A DNA stretch of 64,000 nucleotides from Clostridia bacterium (GTDB lineage: Bacteria > Bacillota > Clostridia > Christensenellales > CAG-314): positions 5,983 to 69,982 of the forward strand of contig JAQVWG010000005.1 in assembly GCA_028698585.1 (NCBI GenBank), read 5' to 3'. A model generated the notes under the pieces. That model was not told where the DNA came from. It was given only the letters and a program-made list of their open reading frames with translations, and searched no databases. This document shows, piece by piece, positions 45,018 to 55,296 of the stretch; the first letter of the stretch is position 1, and every line of letters starts with the position of its first letter. The translations under genes were made by a program, and so were the position numbers.

Positions 45018-45587
45018 ATGTCAGACAACACATTGACGAATAATAGCAGCAATATGCTTGATCAAGAAGAGCAGGATAAGAGGGCACGAAGAAGTAACAT
45101 TATTTTCCTGTGCGTTTCCGTTGTTATATTCTTAATCATTATAGGGCTGAGATTGTTCGTAATCTATCCCATAGAGATAGTAGAATCCAGTATGATGCCC
45201 ACCTACGAATCGGGACAATTGGTGCTTGTCAGCAAGCTGTCTAAGCCCGATAGAGGCGATGTTGTTATTGTTCAAGATAAGGACGGTGATATACTGCTAA
45301 TCAAGAGAGTGGTAGCAATAGAGGGAGATAGCATACTGCTTGTTATAAGAGAGGATAATTTATACTATCTTAAGATAACTACTTCATCTGGACAAGTTAT
45401 CTACGAACAATATGACAACTATCAAGTAGTGGGCATAGAATATAACTTGGGCAATCTATCAACTGATTGCGCTTACGAGGTCCATGGGCTGTATTTGTTG
45501 GGAGACAATCGCAACAACTCTATTGATAGCAGAGTTAAGGGTGACTTCGACTGGCAGTCAGTTAAGGGCGTAGTATTGACCAAATAG
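45018..45587 (+). CDS. lepB: Signal peptidase I
   Basis: Catalytic Ser box SSMMPT, KRVVAIEGD and GDNRNNSIDSR. Confidence 0.85.
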   Translation: MSDNTLTNNSSNMLDQEEQDKRARRSNIIFLCVSVVIFLIIIGLRLFVIYPIEIVESSMMPTYESGQLVLVSKLSKPDRGDVVIVQDKDGDILLIKRVVAIEGDSILLVIREDNLYYLKITTSSGQVIYEQYDNYQVVGIEYNLGNLSTDCAYEVHGLYLLGDNRNNSIDSRVKGDFDWQSVKGVVLTK

Positions 45588-45654
45588 ATTGCATAAACTC
45601 ACACACTGTGATAATATATAGTCAACTAATATAAACATAAGGAAGTATATGAAT

Positions 45655-46725
45655 ATGTCATTAAGGAATCAAATGTGGCAAGTAATCGAATGGGAGGACA
45701 GTAGCAGTGATACTATTGTCTATCGCTATCCCCACCTAGGCAAGGAGATAATGAAAGGTTCTTCTTTAACCGTTAGACCATCACAGGTAGCATTGTTCGT
45801 TGCCAACGGTCAGGTTGCAGATGTTTTCCAGCCGGGTAAATATAAGTTGGATACCGATAACCTACCAATATTAACAGAGATAACCAACCTATTCTACAGA
45901 GAGCACAAGTCACGCTTTCAGACCGAAATCTATTTCGTCAATACCAAGCAGTTCGTCAATCAGAAGTGGGGCACTCCTTCACCGCTGATTATTAATGATC
46001 CGGAGTTCAAGTTCATACGCATTGGCGCGAGAGGTACATATGGATTCAAGGTGGTCGACGCCAAAGCATTCATGCAAGAGCTATTCGGCACCAAGAGCTC
46101 ATTCACCGTAGCTGATGTAAGCGAGTTCTTGCGCAGTAAACTTGTCTCGGTAGTAACAGACACTATCGCAGAGAACAAGGTATCTGCACTTCAAATCTAC
46201 GCCAACCTAGGCGAGTTCGGAGAAATGTGCCAAGATAAGGAACAAGAACAATTAAGAACACTAGGGCTAGAGATTACCAACTTCATTATTGAGAGCATCT
46301 CACTGCCCAAGGCAGTCGAAGATGCAATAGATGAGAGAGCTAGCCTCGGTATCCTATCAGATAAGATGGGCACATACACGCAGAAGAAGGCAGCAGACGC
46401 TATCGGTGATGCAGCACGCAACACCGGAACGGTAGGCACGTTTATGGGTATAGGCGTAGGGCAACAGATGGGCAACACTATGGGTAATGCTATGGGTGGT
46501 ACCATGGGTACAATTAATCAGGCAGTTGATGATGACAAGGCACCTAGTAAGGACGAGAGAAGTAAGTTTTGTCCAGAGTGTGGGTGTAAAGTTAATGCTG
46601 ACGCCAAGTTCTGCCCGCAGTGCGGTAATAAGTTCGATGTTGCTAATAATGTGTGTCCCAAGTGTGGTGCGACCGTGTCCAAGGGCCAGAAGTTCTGCCC
46701 ACAGTGTGGAAATCAGCTTAAATAA
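45655..46725 (+). CDS. SPFH/Band-7-like domain protein with a C-terminal double zinc ribbon
   Basis: N-terminus WQVIEWEDSSSDTIVYRYP...; C-terminus has CPECG, CPQCG, CPKCG and CPQCG. AAGGAAG SD favours the second ATG (45655) over 45649. Confidence 0.7.
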   Translation: MSLRNQMWQVIEWEDSSSDTIVYRYPHLGKEIMKGSSLTVRPSQVALFVANGQVADVFQPGKYKLDTDNLPILTEITNLFYREHKSRFQTEIYFVNTKQFVNQKWGTPSPLIINDPEFKFIRIGARGTYGFKVVDAKAFMQELFGTKSSFTVADVSEFLRSKLVSVVTDTIAENKVSALQIYANLGEFGEMCQDKEQEQLRTLGLEITNFIIESISLPKAVEDAIDERASLGILSDKMGTYTQKKAADAIGDAARNTGTVGTFMGIGVGQQMGNTMGNAMGGTMGTINQAVDDDKAPSKDERSKFCPECGCKVNADAKFCPQCGNKFDVANNVCPKCGATVSKGQKFCPQCGNQLK

Positions 46726-46747
46726 CAATATAATAAGGAGATAAACT

Positions 46748-46939
46748 ATGATAACCAAAGATATGAAAATAATCGAAGTGCTCGATACCAATCGTAAGAC
46801 CGCAGTAGTATTTATGTCATATAATATGGGTTGCGTGGGTTGTATGGCAGCACGTGGCGAGACAGTAGAAGAAGCCGCTCAAGCACACGGTGTAGACGTA
46901 GATGAATTAGTTGCTAAACTCAACGAAGCCTGCAATTAG
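46748..46939 (+). CDS. DUF1858-domain small protein
   Basis: MITKDMKIIEVLD...GCVGCMAARGETVEEAAQAHGVD pattern; AAGGAG SD. Confidence 0.7.
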   Translation: MITKDMKIIEVLDTNRKTAVVFMSYNMGCVGCMAARGETVEEAAQAHGVDVDELVAKLNEACN

Positions 46940-46983
46940 TAATACTATAATTGCACATTCGTTGTGCATTAGTTTCTTGCAAT

Positions 46984-47017
46984 TAAGACTACTCAAGATT
47001 TGAGTAGTCTTATTTTT
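46984..47017 (+). terminator. Strong rho-independent terminator
   Basis: 13-bp perfect stem TAAGACTACTCAA / TTGAGTAGTCTTA followed by TTTTT. Confidence 0.8.
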
Positions 47018-47185
47018 GCACATCTACTCATCCTAACTGCCTGTATGATTACTAATGCATTGTAATAAATGTTAATCGACAGATTTTATGCTTGATGAGG
47101 GTCAATATAGCCCTATTATTTGGCAAAAGAGTGGACAAAGACCAGTTCATGTGGTATTTTATTGTAACAAGGAGAGTTATTACAC

Positions 47186-47728
47186 GTGGGGATTAAACTA
47201 GTTGACGTTCTATTCTTCATATTAAGTCTAATAATCGTACTATTGACTGCTTGGTTGCCAGTTTTTGTACAGTCTTTCCTTGGTAAATACATAGATGATA
47301 CTGCGTTCAAGAAGAAGAGGATAACCAGAGGTAAAGTATTCTTGCGTCCACTCAATAATTTACCACAAGAGATGTATGGTATTATATATCCTATGTATTA
47401 CATGCAGAAGGGTGGCCATTATCTAGCAGTGATTGATGCTATTATAGTTATCACCGTACTCATTGTGAGAGGTCTTAAGGAAGGTAGCCTTATCATGATA
47501 TTAGTGTTGACTATACTGTGGGTTACTCAGACCATAATCAATATCGTCATCGTTCTAGTAACCGTGAGGGTATCTTCAGAGCGAGTGGCTATGCGCCGCG
47601 CAGATATAGCCAAACGGAGAGAGGAGAGCGCTCAACAAAGAAAGGAGAAGTTAGAGCTAATTAAGAGAACTAGACGAGAGATTAAGGCGAGGGAGATTGC
47701 TAAACGCACCACAAGAGAGGGCAAGTGA
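47186..47728 (+). CDS. Membrane protein with a Lys/Arg/Glu-rich C-terminal tail, function unknown
   Basis: GTG start 10 nt after AAGGAG; about four hydrophobic segments; charged tail RREESAQQRKEKLELIKRTRREIKAREIAKR. Confidence 0.5.
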   Translation: MGIKLVDVLFFILSLIIVLLTAWLPVFVQSFLGKYIDDTAFKKKRITRGKVFLRPLNNLPQEMYGIIYPMYYMQKGGHYLAVIDAIIVITVLIVRGLKEGSLIMILVLTILWVTQTIINIVIVLVTVRVSSERVAMRRADIAKRREESAQQRKEKLELIKRTRREIKAREIAKRTTREGK

Positions 47729-47809
47729 TTGAACTGTTATGTCCCTAAGACTGTTAAGACAATCAGTTTAATGTATATACCCAAGAGAGCATCAAGAGGA
47801 TACAATTTA

Positions 47810-49606
47810 ATGAATTACGAATCAAAAGAAACACTGGCAACAAGGCGCAAGAGTTGGTCCTACGTAAAGGACTTCATACCATACTATAATCCATACAAGG
47901 CACTGCTATTCTTCGATCTGTTCTTCAGTTTAGTAGCTGCCGGCGTAGATTTAATATTTCCTATATTCGTCACCAAGATTATGGACAGTGCAGAGCTGAC
48001 AGGATATCTAATGATTACTACTGCACTTAAGTACGCAATTATACTGGTAGCACTAAGGATAGTAGAGATTTGCTGTCGATTTTTTATATCTAAGTATGGC
48101 CATATTATGGGTGTCAAGATAGAGAGTGACCTGCGTTCTAATATGTTCAGGCACTTACAGAGATTATCTAATAGTTTCTATGACAATCAGAAGGTCGGCT
48201 CGTTGATGTCTCGTATAACGACAGACCTGTTCGAGATAACGGAGTTTAGCCACCACTGTCCAGAAACGCTGTTGATAGCAGGAACAAGAATAATAGGCAT
48301 ATTTATTGTTCTGATTACAGTTAATGCACCTATGACTCTATGCTTCTTTGTACTTATACCCATTATGGCTTGGTTGGTCGTCAACTTCAATAATAAATGG
48401 GATAATAACTATCAAGAGAATAGAGTCAACATGGCTAATATTAATGCTCAAGTCGAGGACACGTTGGCAGGCATAAGAGTGGTCAAGTCATTCGCCAACG
48501 AGGAATTAGAGCAGAGCAAGTTCGAGAAGGGCAATCAAGCATTCGTCAAGAGTAAGTCGCAGACATATCACTATATGGGTACGTTTGTCGGTAGCATAAG
48601 GGCAATGGACGCCATAATGTATATATCTATCATTATACTCGGTGCGTTGTTCAAGATAAGTGCAGTGGAGTTCGTAATGTATCTATTGTACGCTGCCAGT
48701 CTGCTCAATTCTTTGGTATCATTCGCAGACTACTCTGAACAGTTTCAGAAGGGTATCACGGCATTCGCCAGATACCAACAGATAATAGACACCCCAATAG
48801 AGCTGGCAGATAAGGTAGATGCACAGGATATTGGTCAAGTCGAGGGCAATATTGAGTTTGACAATGTAACATTTGCATATAAGGGCACAGACCGTAACGT
48901 GCTTAATAACTTGAGTTTCAGCGTAAATAAAGGGCAGACTGTTGCAATAGTCGGGCCATCCGGTGGGGGCAAGACCACAATAGCCAATCTTATACCTCGA
49001 TTCTATGACTGTACAGGTGGCAGGGTGATGATTGATGGTAAGGATGTTAAGGACGTCAAAGTCAGCCAACTGCGACAGAATATCGGTGTAGTAGCGCAAG
49101 ATGTGTATCTGTTCTGGGGTACAGTTGCCGATAATATTGAGTATGGCAGAGTGGGAGCAAGCAGAGAGGAGATAATTCAGGCTGCCAAGATGGCAGGCGT
49201 TGACGACTTCATTCAGTCCTTACCTAATGGATACGACAGCTATGTAGGTGAACGAGGAATTAAGCTCTCTGGTGGGCAGAAACAACGAGTCAGTATAGCA
49301 AGAGTATTTCTTAAGAATCCACCCATACTTATCCTAGACGAAGCCACGAGTTCGCTTGATAACGAGAGTGAGGTCAAGATACAGCGTTCCCTAGACCAAC
49401 TGGCAATGGGCAGAACAAGTATAGTCATAGCACACAGATTGTCTACTATAAGGAATGCCGACAATATAATAGTACTGACAGACAAGGGTATCGTGGAAAC
49501 AGGCACGCACGACCAGTTAATTAAGAATAATGGATTATACAAGAAGTTATACGACCTATCCCAAAGGACGGAGAGTCTAACGCAATTTAGAGATAACAAG
49601 CAATAA
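47810..49606 (+). CDS. ABC exporter, fused permease-ATPase (MsbA/type I exporter family)
   Basis: GPSGGGKTT, LSGGQKQRVSIAR, ILILDEATS. Start moved to the Met at 47810 (AGAGGA SD). Confidence 0.9.
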   Translation: MNYESKETLATRRKSWSYVKDFIPYYNPYKALLFFDLFFSLVAAGVDLIFPIFVTKIMDSAELTGYLMITTALKYAIILVALRIVEICCRFFISKYGHIMGVKIESDLRSNMFRHLQRLSNSFYDNQKVGSLMSRITTDLFEITEFSHHCPETLLIAGTRIIGIFIVLITVNAPMTLCFFVLIPIMAWLVVNFNNKWDNNYQENRVNMANINAQVEDTLAGIRVVKSFANEELEQSKFEKGNQAFVKSKSQTYHYMGTFVGSIRAMDAIMYISIIILGALFKISAVEFVMYLLYAASLLNSLVSFADYSEQFQKGITAFARYQQIIDTPIELADKVDAQDIGQVEGNIEFDNVTFAYKGTDRNVLNNLSFSVNKGQTVAIVGPSGGGKTTIANLIPRFYDCTGGRVMIDGKDVKDVKVSQLRQNIGVVAQDVYLFWGTVADNIEYGRVGASREEIIQAAKMAGVDDFIQSLPNGYDSYVGERGIKLSGGQKQRVSIARVFLKNPPILILDEATSSLDNESEVKIQRSLDQLAMGRTSIVIAHRLSTIRNADNIIVLTDKGIVETGTHDQLIKNNGLYKKLYDLSQRTESLTQFRDNKQ

Positions 49607-49619
49607 CAGGAGGATATCA

Positions 49620-50423
49620 ATGGACACACTTAGCATAGCACGAGATATAAGGAGATTGACACTTAAATGTATCAATAGTATAGGCTCGGGACACGTAGGG
49701 GGATGTCTATCCATTGTAGATTTTTTAGCTGTATTGTATGCTAAACACTTCAATTTTGATAGCACCAATCCCAGAATGCAGGGCAGAGACAGAATAGTGC
49801 TGAGCAAAGGACACGCAGGACCTGCGCTTTATGCCACACTGTGCCATTTTGGGTATTTTCCAGAGCAACAGTTACTTACTCTCAATAGACTGGGCACTGC
49901 TCTTCCCAGCCATACCAATGCCAATTTGACACCCGGTGTAGATATGACTGCTGGCAGTCTAGGACAGGGTATAAGTGGTGGAGTAGGACTGGCGCTAGGT
50001 AGTAAAATGTCCAATGACAATGCTCGAATATATATAATAGTTGGCGACGGCGAATGTCAAGAAGGGCAAGTATGGGAAGCAGCATTGACAGCGTCTAATA
50101 AGGGACTAGATAATCTATGCGTATTCGTAGACAATAATCGCATGCAGATAGACGATTATACAGATAACGTAAGTAAGGTAGAGGACCTAGACGCCAAATG
50201 GTCGGCATTTGGATTCCACACCATAAGGATAGATGGTCACAATCACGAACAATTAGATAATGCGCTTAATATGGCAAAGACAGTCAAAGGCATACCGACA
50301 GCGATTATAGGTAATACTGTTAAGGGTAAGGGTGTCAGCATATTCGAACAAATGGGCGTATCTAACCACTCTGTATCTGTTAGTGACGAGCAACTTGAAA
50401 AGGCGCTAGCCGAGTTGGTATAG
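49620..50423 (+). CDS. Transketolase, N-terminal subunit, copy 2
   Basis: GHVGGCLS and GDGECQEGQVWEA; AGGAGG SD. Confidence 0.9.
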   Translation: MDTLSIARDIRRLTLKCINSIGSGHVGGCLSIVDFLAVLYAKHFNFDSTNPRMQGRDRIVLSKGHAGPALYATLCHFGYFPEQQLLTLNRLGTALPSHTNANLTPGVDMTAGSLGQGISGGVGLALGSKMSNDNARIYIIVGDGECQEGQVWEAALTASNKGLDNLCVFVDNNRMQIDDYTDNVSKVEDLDAKWSAFGFHTIRIDGHNHEQLDNALNMAKTVKGIPTAIIGNTVKGKGVSIFEQMGVSNHSVSVSDEQLEKALAELV

Positions 50424-50436
50424 GAGGGTTACTGTT

Positions 50437-51360
50437 ATGGAAATGAGAAAAGCATACTCCGTCACTATGGCAGAGTTAATGAAACAGAATGATAAGATTG
50501 TTATACTGGATGCAGACCTTGCTAAGGCATGCGCAACTACGACACTACACGCACAATTCCCCAATCGAAGTTATGACCTAGGTATATGCGAGCAGAATAT
50601 GATGAGTGTAGCTGTTGGTCTATCATATTATGGATATATACCGTTCGTCCATTCATTCGCACCGTTTGCCGTGCGCAGAGCGTATGACCAGATAGCAATG
50701 GGTGTGGCATACGGCAGGGCTAACGTCAAGATTGTTGGTACAGACCCTGGAATATGCGCCACGTTGAACGGTGGTACACACATGTCATTCGAGGACGTGT
50801 CGGCAATGAGGGCAATACCTAACATGCTCATATATGAGCCCACCGATTGTAATCAACTAATTAAGGCACTACCACAAATAGTCGCACACGAGGGTGCTTG
50901 TTATATAAGAATGACTCGTAAGGATGATTTATCCGTATTCGGTCAAGACTACATTTTCGACCTATATAAGGCAGACATTGTACGAGAGGGTAATGATTTA
51001 ACAATGATTGTATGTGGAATTAACACGCCTGATTGTGTTACAGCCTGTCAACAACTGGCGCAAGAAGGAGTGAGTGTAGATTTAATTAGCGTGCACACAG
51101 TTAAGCCACTTGACAACAAGACAATAATAGACAGTGCAACCAAGACAGGCAGAGTTCTTGTGGTAGAGAATAGCAACTACAAGGGTGGATTATATGGTGC
51201 GGTATGCGAATGTCTGGCAATAAACCACCCCACCTATTGTGACCATATATCTAGTGAGGATAAGTTAGGCGAAGTGGGCAATCTTGACGAATTAAAATCG
51301 TTTTATTCTATGACTGTTAAGGATATTATTGACAAGAGTAAACGACTAATACAGAAATAA
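50437..51360 (+). CDS. Transketolase, C-terminal subunit, copy 2
   Basis: ...DLGICEQNMMSVAVGLSYYGYIPFVHSFAPF...; GGAGGG SD. Confidence 0.9.
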   Translation: MEMRKAYSVTMAELMKQNDKIVILDADLAKACATTTLHAQFPNRSYDLGICEQNMMSVAVGLSYYGYIPFVHSFAPFAVRRAYDQIAMGVAYGRANVKIVGTDPGICATLNGGTHMSFEDVSAMRAIPNMLIYEPTDCNQLIKALPQIVAHEGACYIRMTRKDDLSVFGQDYIFDLYKADIVREGNDLTMIVCGINTPDCVTACQQLAQEGVSVDLISVHTVKPLDNKTIIDSATKTGRVLVVENSNYKGGLYGAVCECLAINHPTYCDHISSEDKLGEVGNLDELKSFYSMTVKDIIDKSKRLIQK

Positions 51361-51394
51361 TTATTATTAACATACCCATAAGGAGGTAACAGAG

Positions 51395-51808
51395 ATGTTG
51401 TGTTTAGTCAGCGGGGGCAACAATGACGGTCTTGTATTGACCATACTTATCCTAATTGCAGTAGTAATATTACTAGTGGGCATATTGGTATATAAGTTAA
51501 GGAAACACAAGGACCCACGCAAGAATCTCGACATTCAACAACCAGAGTTCGTCAACCCACAACTCAATAAGGACAACGAAATGTTCATTTCTCTTGTGCG
51601 TAACGTTACATATAATGTCGGCGAGGATAAGGATAGTCCAATTAAGCCCGGCAGTTATATTGTGCGTAGCAGTAGGGGGAAAGAGAGTTTCAACATACGC
51701 TACAATGGACTGGTGAGCGAGTTTATTAACAACCAGAAAATTGTGTTAGGTAATGGCGACAGCCTGTGCTGTGTGTCCGATACGTTAGTGCTGATTGCAG
51801 ATTTATAG
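51395..51808 (+). CDS. Single-pass membrane protein, function unknown
   Basis: AAGGAGG SD and one TM helix (LVLTILILIAVVILLVGILVY). Confidence 0.5.
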   Translation: MLCLVSGGNNDGLVLTILILIAVVILLVGILVYKLRKHKDPRKNLDIQQPEFVNPQLNKDNEMFISLVRNVTYNVGEDKDSPIKPGSYIVRSSRGKESFNIRYNGLVSEFINNQKIVLGNGDSLCCVSDTLVLIADL

Positions 51809-51826
51809 TAACCGTCTGGTATATAT

Positions 51827-52492
51827 ATGCAAAGAGACTACAACGGCTGGGAAGATATTTTTTTGCCACAATTTGAGCAACCATATTTTGCTCAACTTAA
51901 GGCTTTTCTTGTAGATGAGTATAATAATTATGCAGTTTATCCAGATAAGAAACTACTGTTTAACGCATTCGACACTACTGCGAGAGATGATGTAAGGGTA
52001 GTTATTCTGGGACAGGATCCATATGCCAACCCTGGACAGGCTATGGGATTGGCATTCTCTGTGCCAACGGGCGTTAGACCGCCACCCAGCCTCATCAACA
52101 TATTAACAGAAGTCAAGACCGATACTGGATATGCCAGCATAATAAAGGACGGCAATCTTACCCCATGGGCTAACCAAGGAGTGCTATTACTCAATAGCGT
52201 TATGTCAGTTAGGGCGGGACAGAGCGCATCTCATGCTAACCATGGATGGGAAACATTTACAGATAGTGTAATCAATGGGCTGGCAATGGGGGATAGACCT
52301 CTGGTATTCATGCTGTGGGGCAACTATGCGCAGGGTAAGAAGAAGTTCATCACCTGTTCTCCTACGCCTCACTTAATACTGACTGCACCTCACCCCAGTC
52401 CATTATCAAGTTATCAAGGCTTTTTTGGGTGTAAGCATTTCAGCAAGGCCAATACTTTTCTATCCAACTTCAACAGAGAAATCAACTGGTAA
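51827..52492 (+). CDS. ung: Uracil-DNA glycosylase (family 1)
   Basis: Motifs GQDPY and HPSPLS. Confidence 0.9.
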   Translation: MQRDYNGWEDIFLPQFEQPYFAQLKAFLVDEYNNYAVYPDKKLLFNAFDTTARDDVRVVILGQDPYANPGQAMGLAFSVPTGVRPPPSLINILTEVKTDTGYASIIKDGNLTPWANQGVLLLNSVMSVRAGQSASHANHGWETFTDSVINGLAMGDRPLVFMLWGNYAQGKKKFITCSPTPHLILTAPHPSPLSSYQGFFGCKHFSKANTFLSNFNREINW

Positions 52493-52901
52493 TTCTAATA
52501 ATAAATAGAGAGCTAGTTTAGTCATACAGTATATTGCTACATAATACTTGACGTAGTAGACAAGTATGAAGAGAGCAGTTATTGATATACTTAGTTTCTA
52601 TCCAGTTATAAGCATTTTGACAGTATCAAGCTACTCAACTATGAGTGTTCAGAGTTGTATGAGCAACTGCCCAGACACAAACTACCTAAAGGTTATCATA
52701 GAATTATCGCTGTTAGTACAACAGAATGGTTATTGTGTCATTATGACAGTTTAGCACAACGTTGGCAAATACTTAATCAATAGCGAAGAAGTTATATATC
52801 AAGATATGAGACACCAGTCAATAGGGGAGCTAGTTAAGACAGAGTGAGTAACGATATCGCAAAGTTTTTGTATTGTTACAGCAAAAAAGGGGGGAAAACG
52901 G

Positions 52902-52930
52902 TTGCTAAAAAACCCTTCTTTTGATATAAT
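52902..52930 (+). promoter_or_regulatory. Candidate rpsF operon promoter
   Basis: TTGCTA, 17 nt, TGaTATAAT (extended -10), about 75 nt upstream of rpsF. Confidence 0.55.
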
Positions 52931-53005
52931 ATCTAGGCTTTAAGCAACAAGACCTTGCTCTTAACTAGATTAAGGGCCGACTAATAAGACCAGGAGGTAA
53001 TAGTA

Positions 53006-53287
53006 ATGAACAATTATGAGTTATTATTCATTATGGACAGCACTCTAACTGATGAAGCCAAGGAGGCAATAATAGCCAAGTTTAGCGCAATAGTAACAGA
53101 TGCCAACGGCACTATTGATACTATTGACAGATGGGGAGTTAAGAAACTCGCTTACCCAATCGCGCGCAAGAACGACGGATACTACTGCTTATTTAATTTC
53201 ACAGCAGATTCTACTGTCCCAGCAGAGATTGAGAGAGTAATGAATATCACAGACACAATAATACGTTTTATCGTTATTAAGAAGTAG
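53006..53287 (+). CDS. rpsF: 30S ribosomal protein S6
   Basis: MNNYELLFIMDSTL...; conserved rpsF-ssb-rpsR order; AGGAGG SD. Confidence 0.95.
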   Translation: MNNYELLFIMDSTLTDEAKEAIIAKFSAIVTDANGTIDTIDRWGVKKLAYPIARKNDGYYCLFNFTADSTVPAEIERVMNITDTIIRFIVIKK

Positions 53288-53317
53288 TACGCCGTAGCGC
53301 ACATTAAGGGAGAGAAG

Positions 53318-53704
53318 ATGAACAAAGCATTTTTAATCGGTAGATTGACAGCCGACCCCGAATTATCTAACACTAGCAATGGTACTCCTGTTTGTCGTTT
53401 TAGACTTGCCGTTAATAGGGCATACAAGACTGCTGACGGTATAGATGCAGACTATATCAACATTATAGTGTGGCGTGGGCAAGCACAGAGTTGCTCTACA
53501 TATCTTAAGAAAGGTAGTCAGTGTTGTGTTGTTGGTTCAATTCAAACTCGTACATACGAGAAAGAAGGTCAAACAAGATATGTAACAGAGATAAATGCCG
53601 AGAATGTTGAGTTTCTGGGCAGACCCAGTGGCAATGGTAGTGCACCAAGCGGTGGCATAGACACCCTTGATCCAATTGATGACGATAGTCAACTGCCATT
53701 CTAA
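53318..53704 (+). CDS. ssb: Single-stranded DNA-binding protein
   Basis: OB-fold N-terminus MNKAFLIGRLTADPEL and an acidic tail ending DDSQLPF. Confidence 0.95.
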   Translation: MNKAFLIGRLTADPELSNTSNGTPVCRFRLAVNRAYKTADGIDADYINIIVWRGQAQSCSTYLKKGSQCCVVGSIQTRTYEKEGQTRYVTEINAENVEFLGRPSGNGSAPSGGIDTLDPIDDDSQLPF

Positions 53705-53727
53705 TAATTATTAAAGGAGATTGAGAA

Positions 53728-53976
53728 ATGGAAGATAAATTAGTGGCTAAGAAGCCCATAAAGAGACCTGCTCGCCGAAAGGTATGTAGTTTTTGCGTGG
53801 ACAAAGTCGAGAGTATTGACTATAAAGACATTGCAAAACTGAGAAAATACGTCACAGAAAAAGGCAAGATTATTCCTCGCAGAATGAGTGGTGTATGCAG
53901 TAAACATCAGAGAGAATTGACACTTGCTATCAAGAGAGCAAGACAAATAGCATTACTGCCCTATGTAGGAGACTAG
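53728..53976 (+). CDS. rpsR: 30S ribosomal protein S18
   Basis: ...[37 protein letters not shown]... Confidence 0.95.
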   Translation: MEDKLVAKKPIKRPARRKVCSFCVDKVESIDYKDIAKLRKYVTEKGKIIPRRMSGVCSKHQRELTLAIKRARQIALLPYVGD

Positions 53977-54017
53977 TAGTTCCCCTGACAGTTTATTAAC
54001 TATATAGTAAATGATAA

Positions 54018-54058
54018 ATAGCCGAAGTTGTTATTACAACTTTGGCTATTATTATATT
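54018..54058. terminator. Terminator after rpsR, probably also serving the convergent ger operon
   Basis: 14-bp stem ATAGCCGAAGTTGT / ACAACTTTGGCTAT (one G-U pair) with a 4-nt loop and U-rich flanks. Confidence 0.65.
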
Positions 54059-54129
54059 CATATTGATTATACTAATGTCGTTAATGTTATATTGAGGCAA
54101 GCTGATACTTAATCATTTACAGTTAGTAA

Positions 54130-55296
54130 CTATCTAGTTACTTCTACTTGAACGTCCAGAGTAACGTCCTCGAACACGCTGTTGGGGTGGTTAATTACGT
54201 AGTCCAGCCACTCTGAACCATATTTCTGATACAACATATTGGATATTTCCAGATAATCACACTTAAGTTGTTGGCTAAACTGATATGTCTTGTTAATTTG
54301 TTCTGTAACCCTATCCCGTGTATTGACTAGCACGCTATTGTCAATGGGCAGAGTGGATTTATTGATAAACTTGAACAGTTTGCCTGTTTCGTCCGTGTTG
54401 GTTCTATCAATGCGCAGATTACACTTAATTGTAAATGTAATGGACTGTCCTTGCCACTCGACATCTTTATTAAGGCGTTTAGTAAATATACCTACAGACG
54501 CTTTAGGGGGAAATACACTTCCACCTTGTTCATCGTTCACTATATAAGAGTGGAATGTTTTATCGGTAACTAATCCGAATCCGTGATACTCATCACCGCT
54601 TACCGTCCCTGCATACATATAATCGGTAAATACTGCAATGGATTTACAGTCAAAGTACCCTTGTGTGTGTTTGGTCTTGTCATCGTTTATCTGTTGGTCT
54701 GGCGTAAATGTAACAACGCTTAAGTATCCGCTCATAGATGGATTGTCGTGTTGTTTACTGATAAACTTGATTAAGGTGCTCTTAGGGATAGAAGTGCGTT
54801 GTTGACTGCCCTGAATTAATTGTGACAGCGCAAATGATGGGCTTGGGGTAACCGCAGTTGTGGCTGAAATGGCTTGACACGCATTACCATCAAAGCAGGC
54901 GATTACAGTGTTATCCTTGAATGCTACGGAATGGGTAAATAGAGAAAGTGGTAAGTTCATCTGCTGGTACTTATAGATACTTTCGCCCAACAATACAACG
55001 CAACACTGTCCTAGGGAGGGCAACTGTCCTGTCTTAACATGAATGTCTTCTAGCGCATCAGTTATGGTTTCGCCCACGCCGGAGATAACTATGGTAGTTG
55101 ATGTGCCGGGGGTATCGCTAGAGGATTCTGCAGACAGCACTTCACACATAACGACATATTGATTGTCCACGTAGTCTATACCCATGCCGACAATTATTGC
55201 TCGTTTAGATATTGGCACAACAAGGAAAGATGATGATATTAATGCCAACACTGTACCCACTATTAGAATGATACCGATTCGTTTCAATGCGCTCAT
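54130..55296 (-). CDS. Spore germination receptor C subunit (Ger(x)C family)
   Basis: Third gene of a GerA-type operon; ATGA overlap with the B subunit gene; ...AIIVGMGIDYVDNQYVVMCEVL... is typical of Ger(x)C. Confidence 0.75.
   Translation of the reverse strand: MSALKRIGIILIVGTVLALISSSFLVVPISKRAIIVGMGIDYVDNQYVVMCEVLSAESSSDTPGTSTTIVISGVGETITDALEDIHVKTGQLPSLGQCCVVLLGESIYKYQQMNLPLSLFTHSVAFKDNTVIACFDGNACQAISATTAVTPSPSFALSQLIQGSQQRTSIPKSTLIKFISKQHDNPSMSGYLSVVTFTPDQQINDDKTKHTQGYFDCKSIAVFTDYMYAGTVSGDEYHGFGLVTDKTFHSYIVNDEQGGSVFPPKASVGIFTKRLNKDVEWQGQSITFTIKCNLRIDRTNTDETGKLFKFINKSTLPIDNSVLVNTRDRVTEQINKTYQFSQQLKCDYLEISNMLYQKYGSEWLDYVINHPNSVFEDVTLDVQVEVTR

Noticed and set aside
49620-51360. Second split transketolase as a possible sign of a second catabolic island.
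   Set aside because: It is embedded among housekeeping-type genes with backbone-like composition and normal SDs. It is most simply the core pentose-phosphate enzyme, and its only relevance is as a contrast to the operon-embedded copy.
52566-52754. 62-aa ORF in the rpsF upstream region.
   Set aside because: It has no SD and a hydrophobic, low-complexity translation. It lies upstream of the predicted rpsF promoter in an AT-rich gap.
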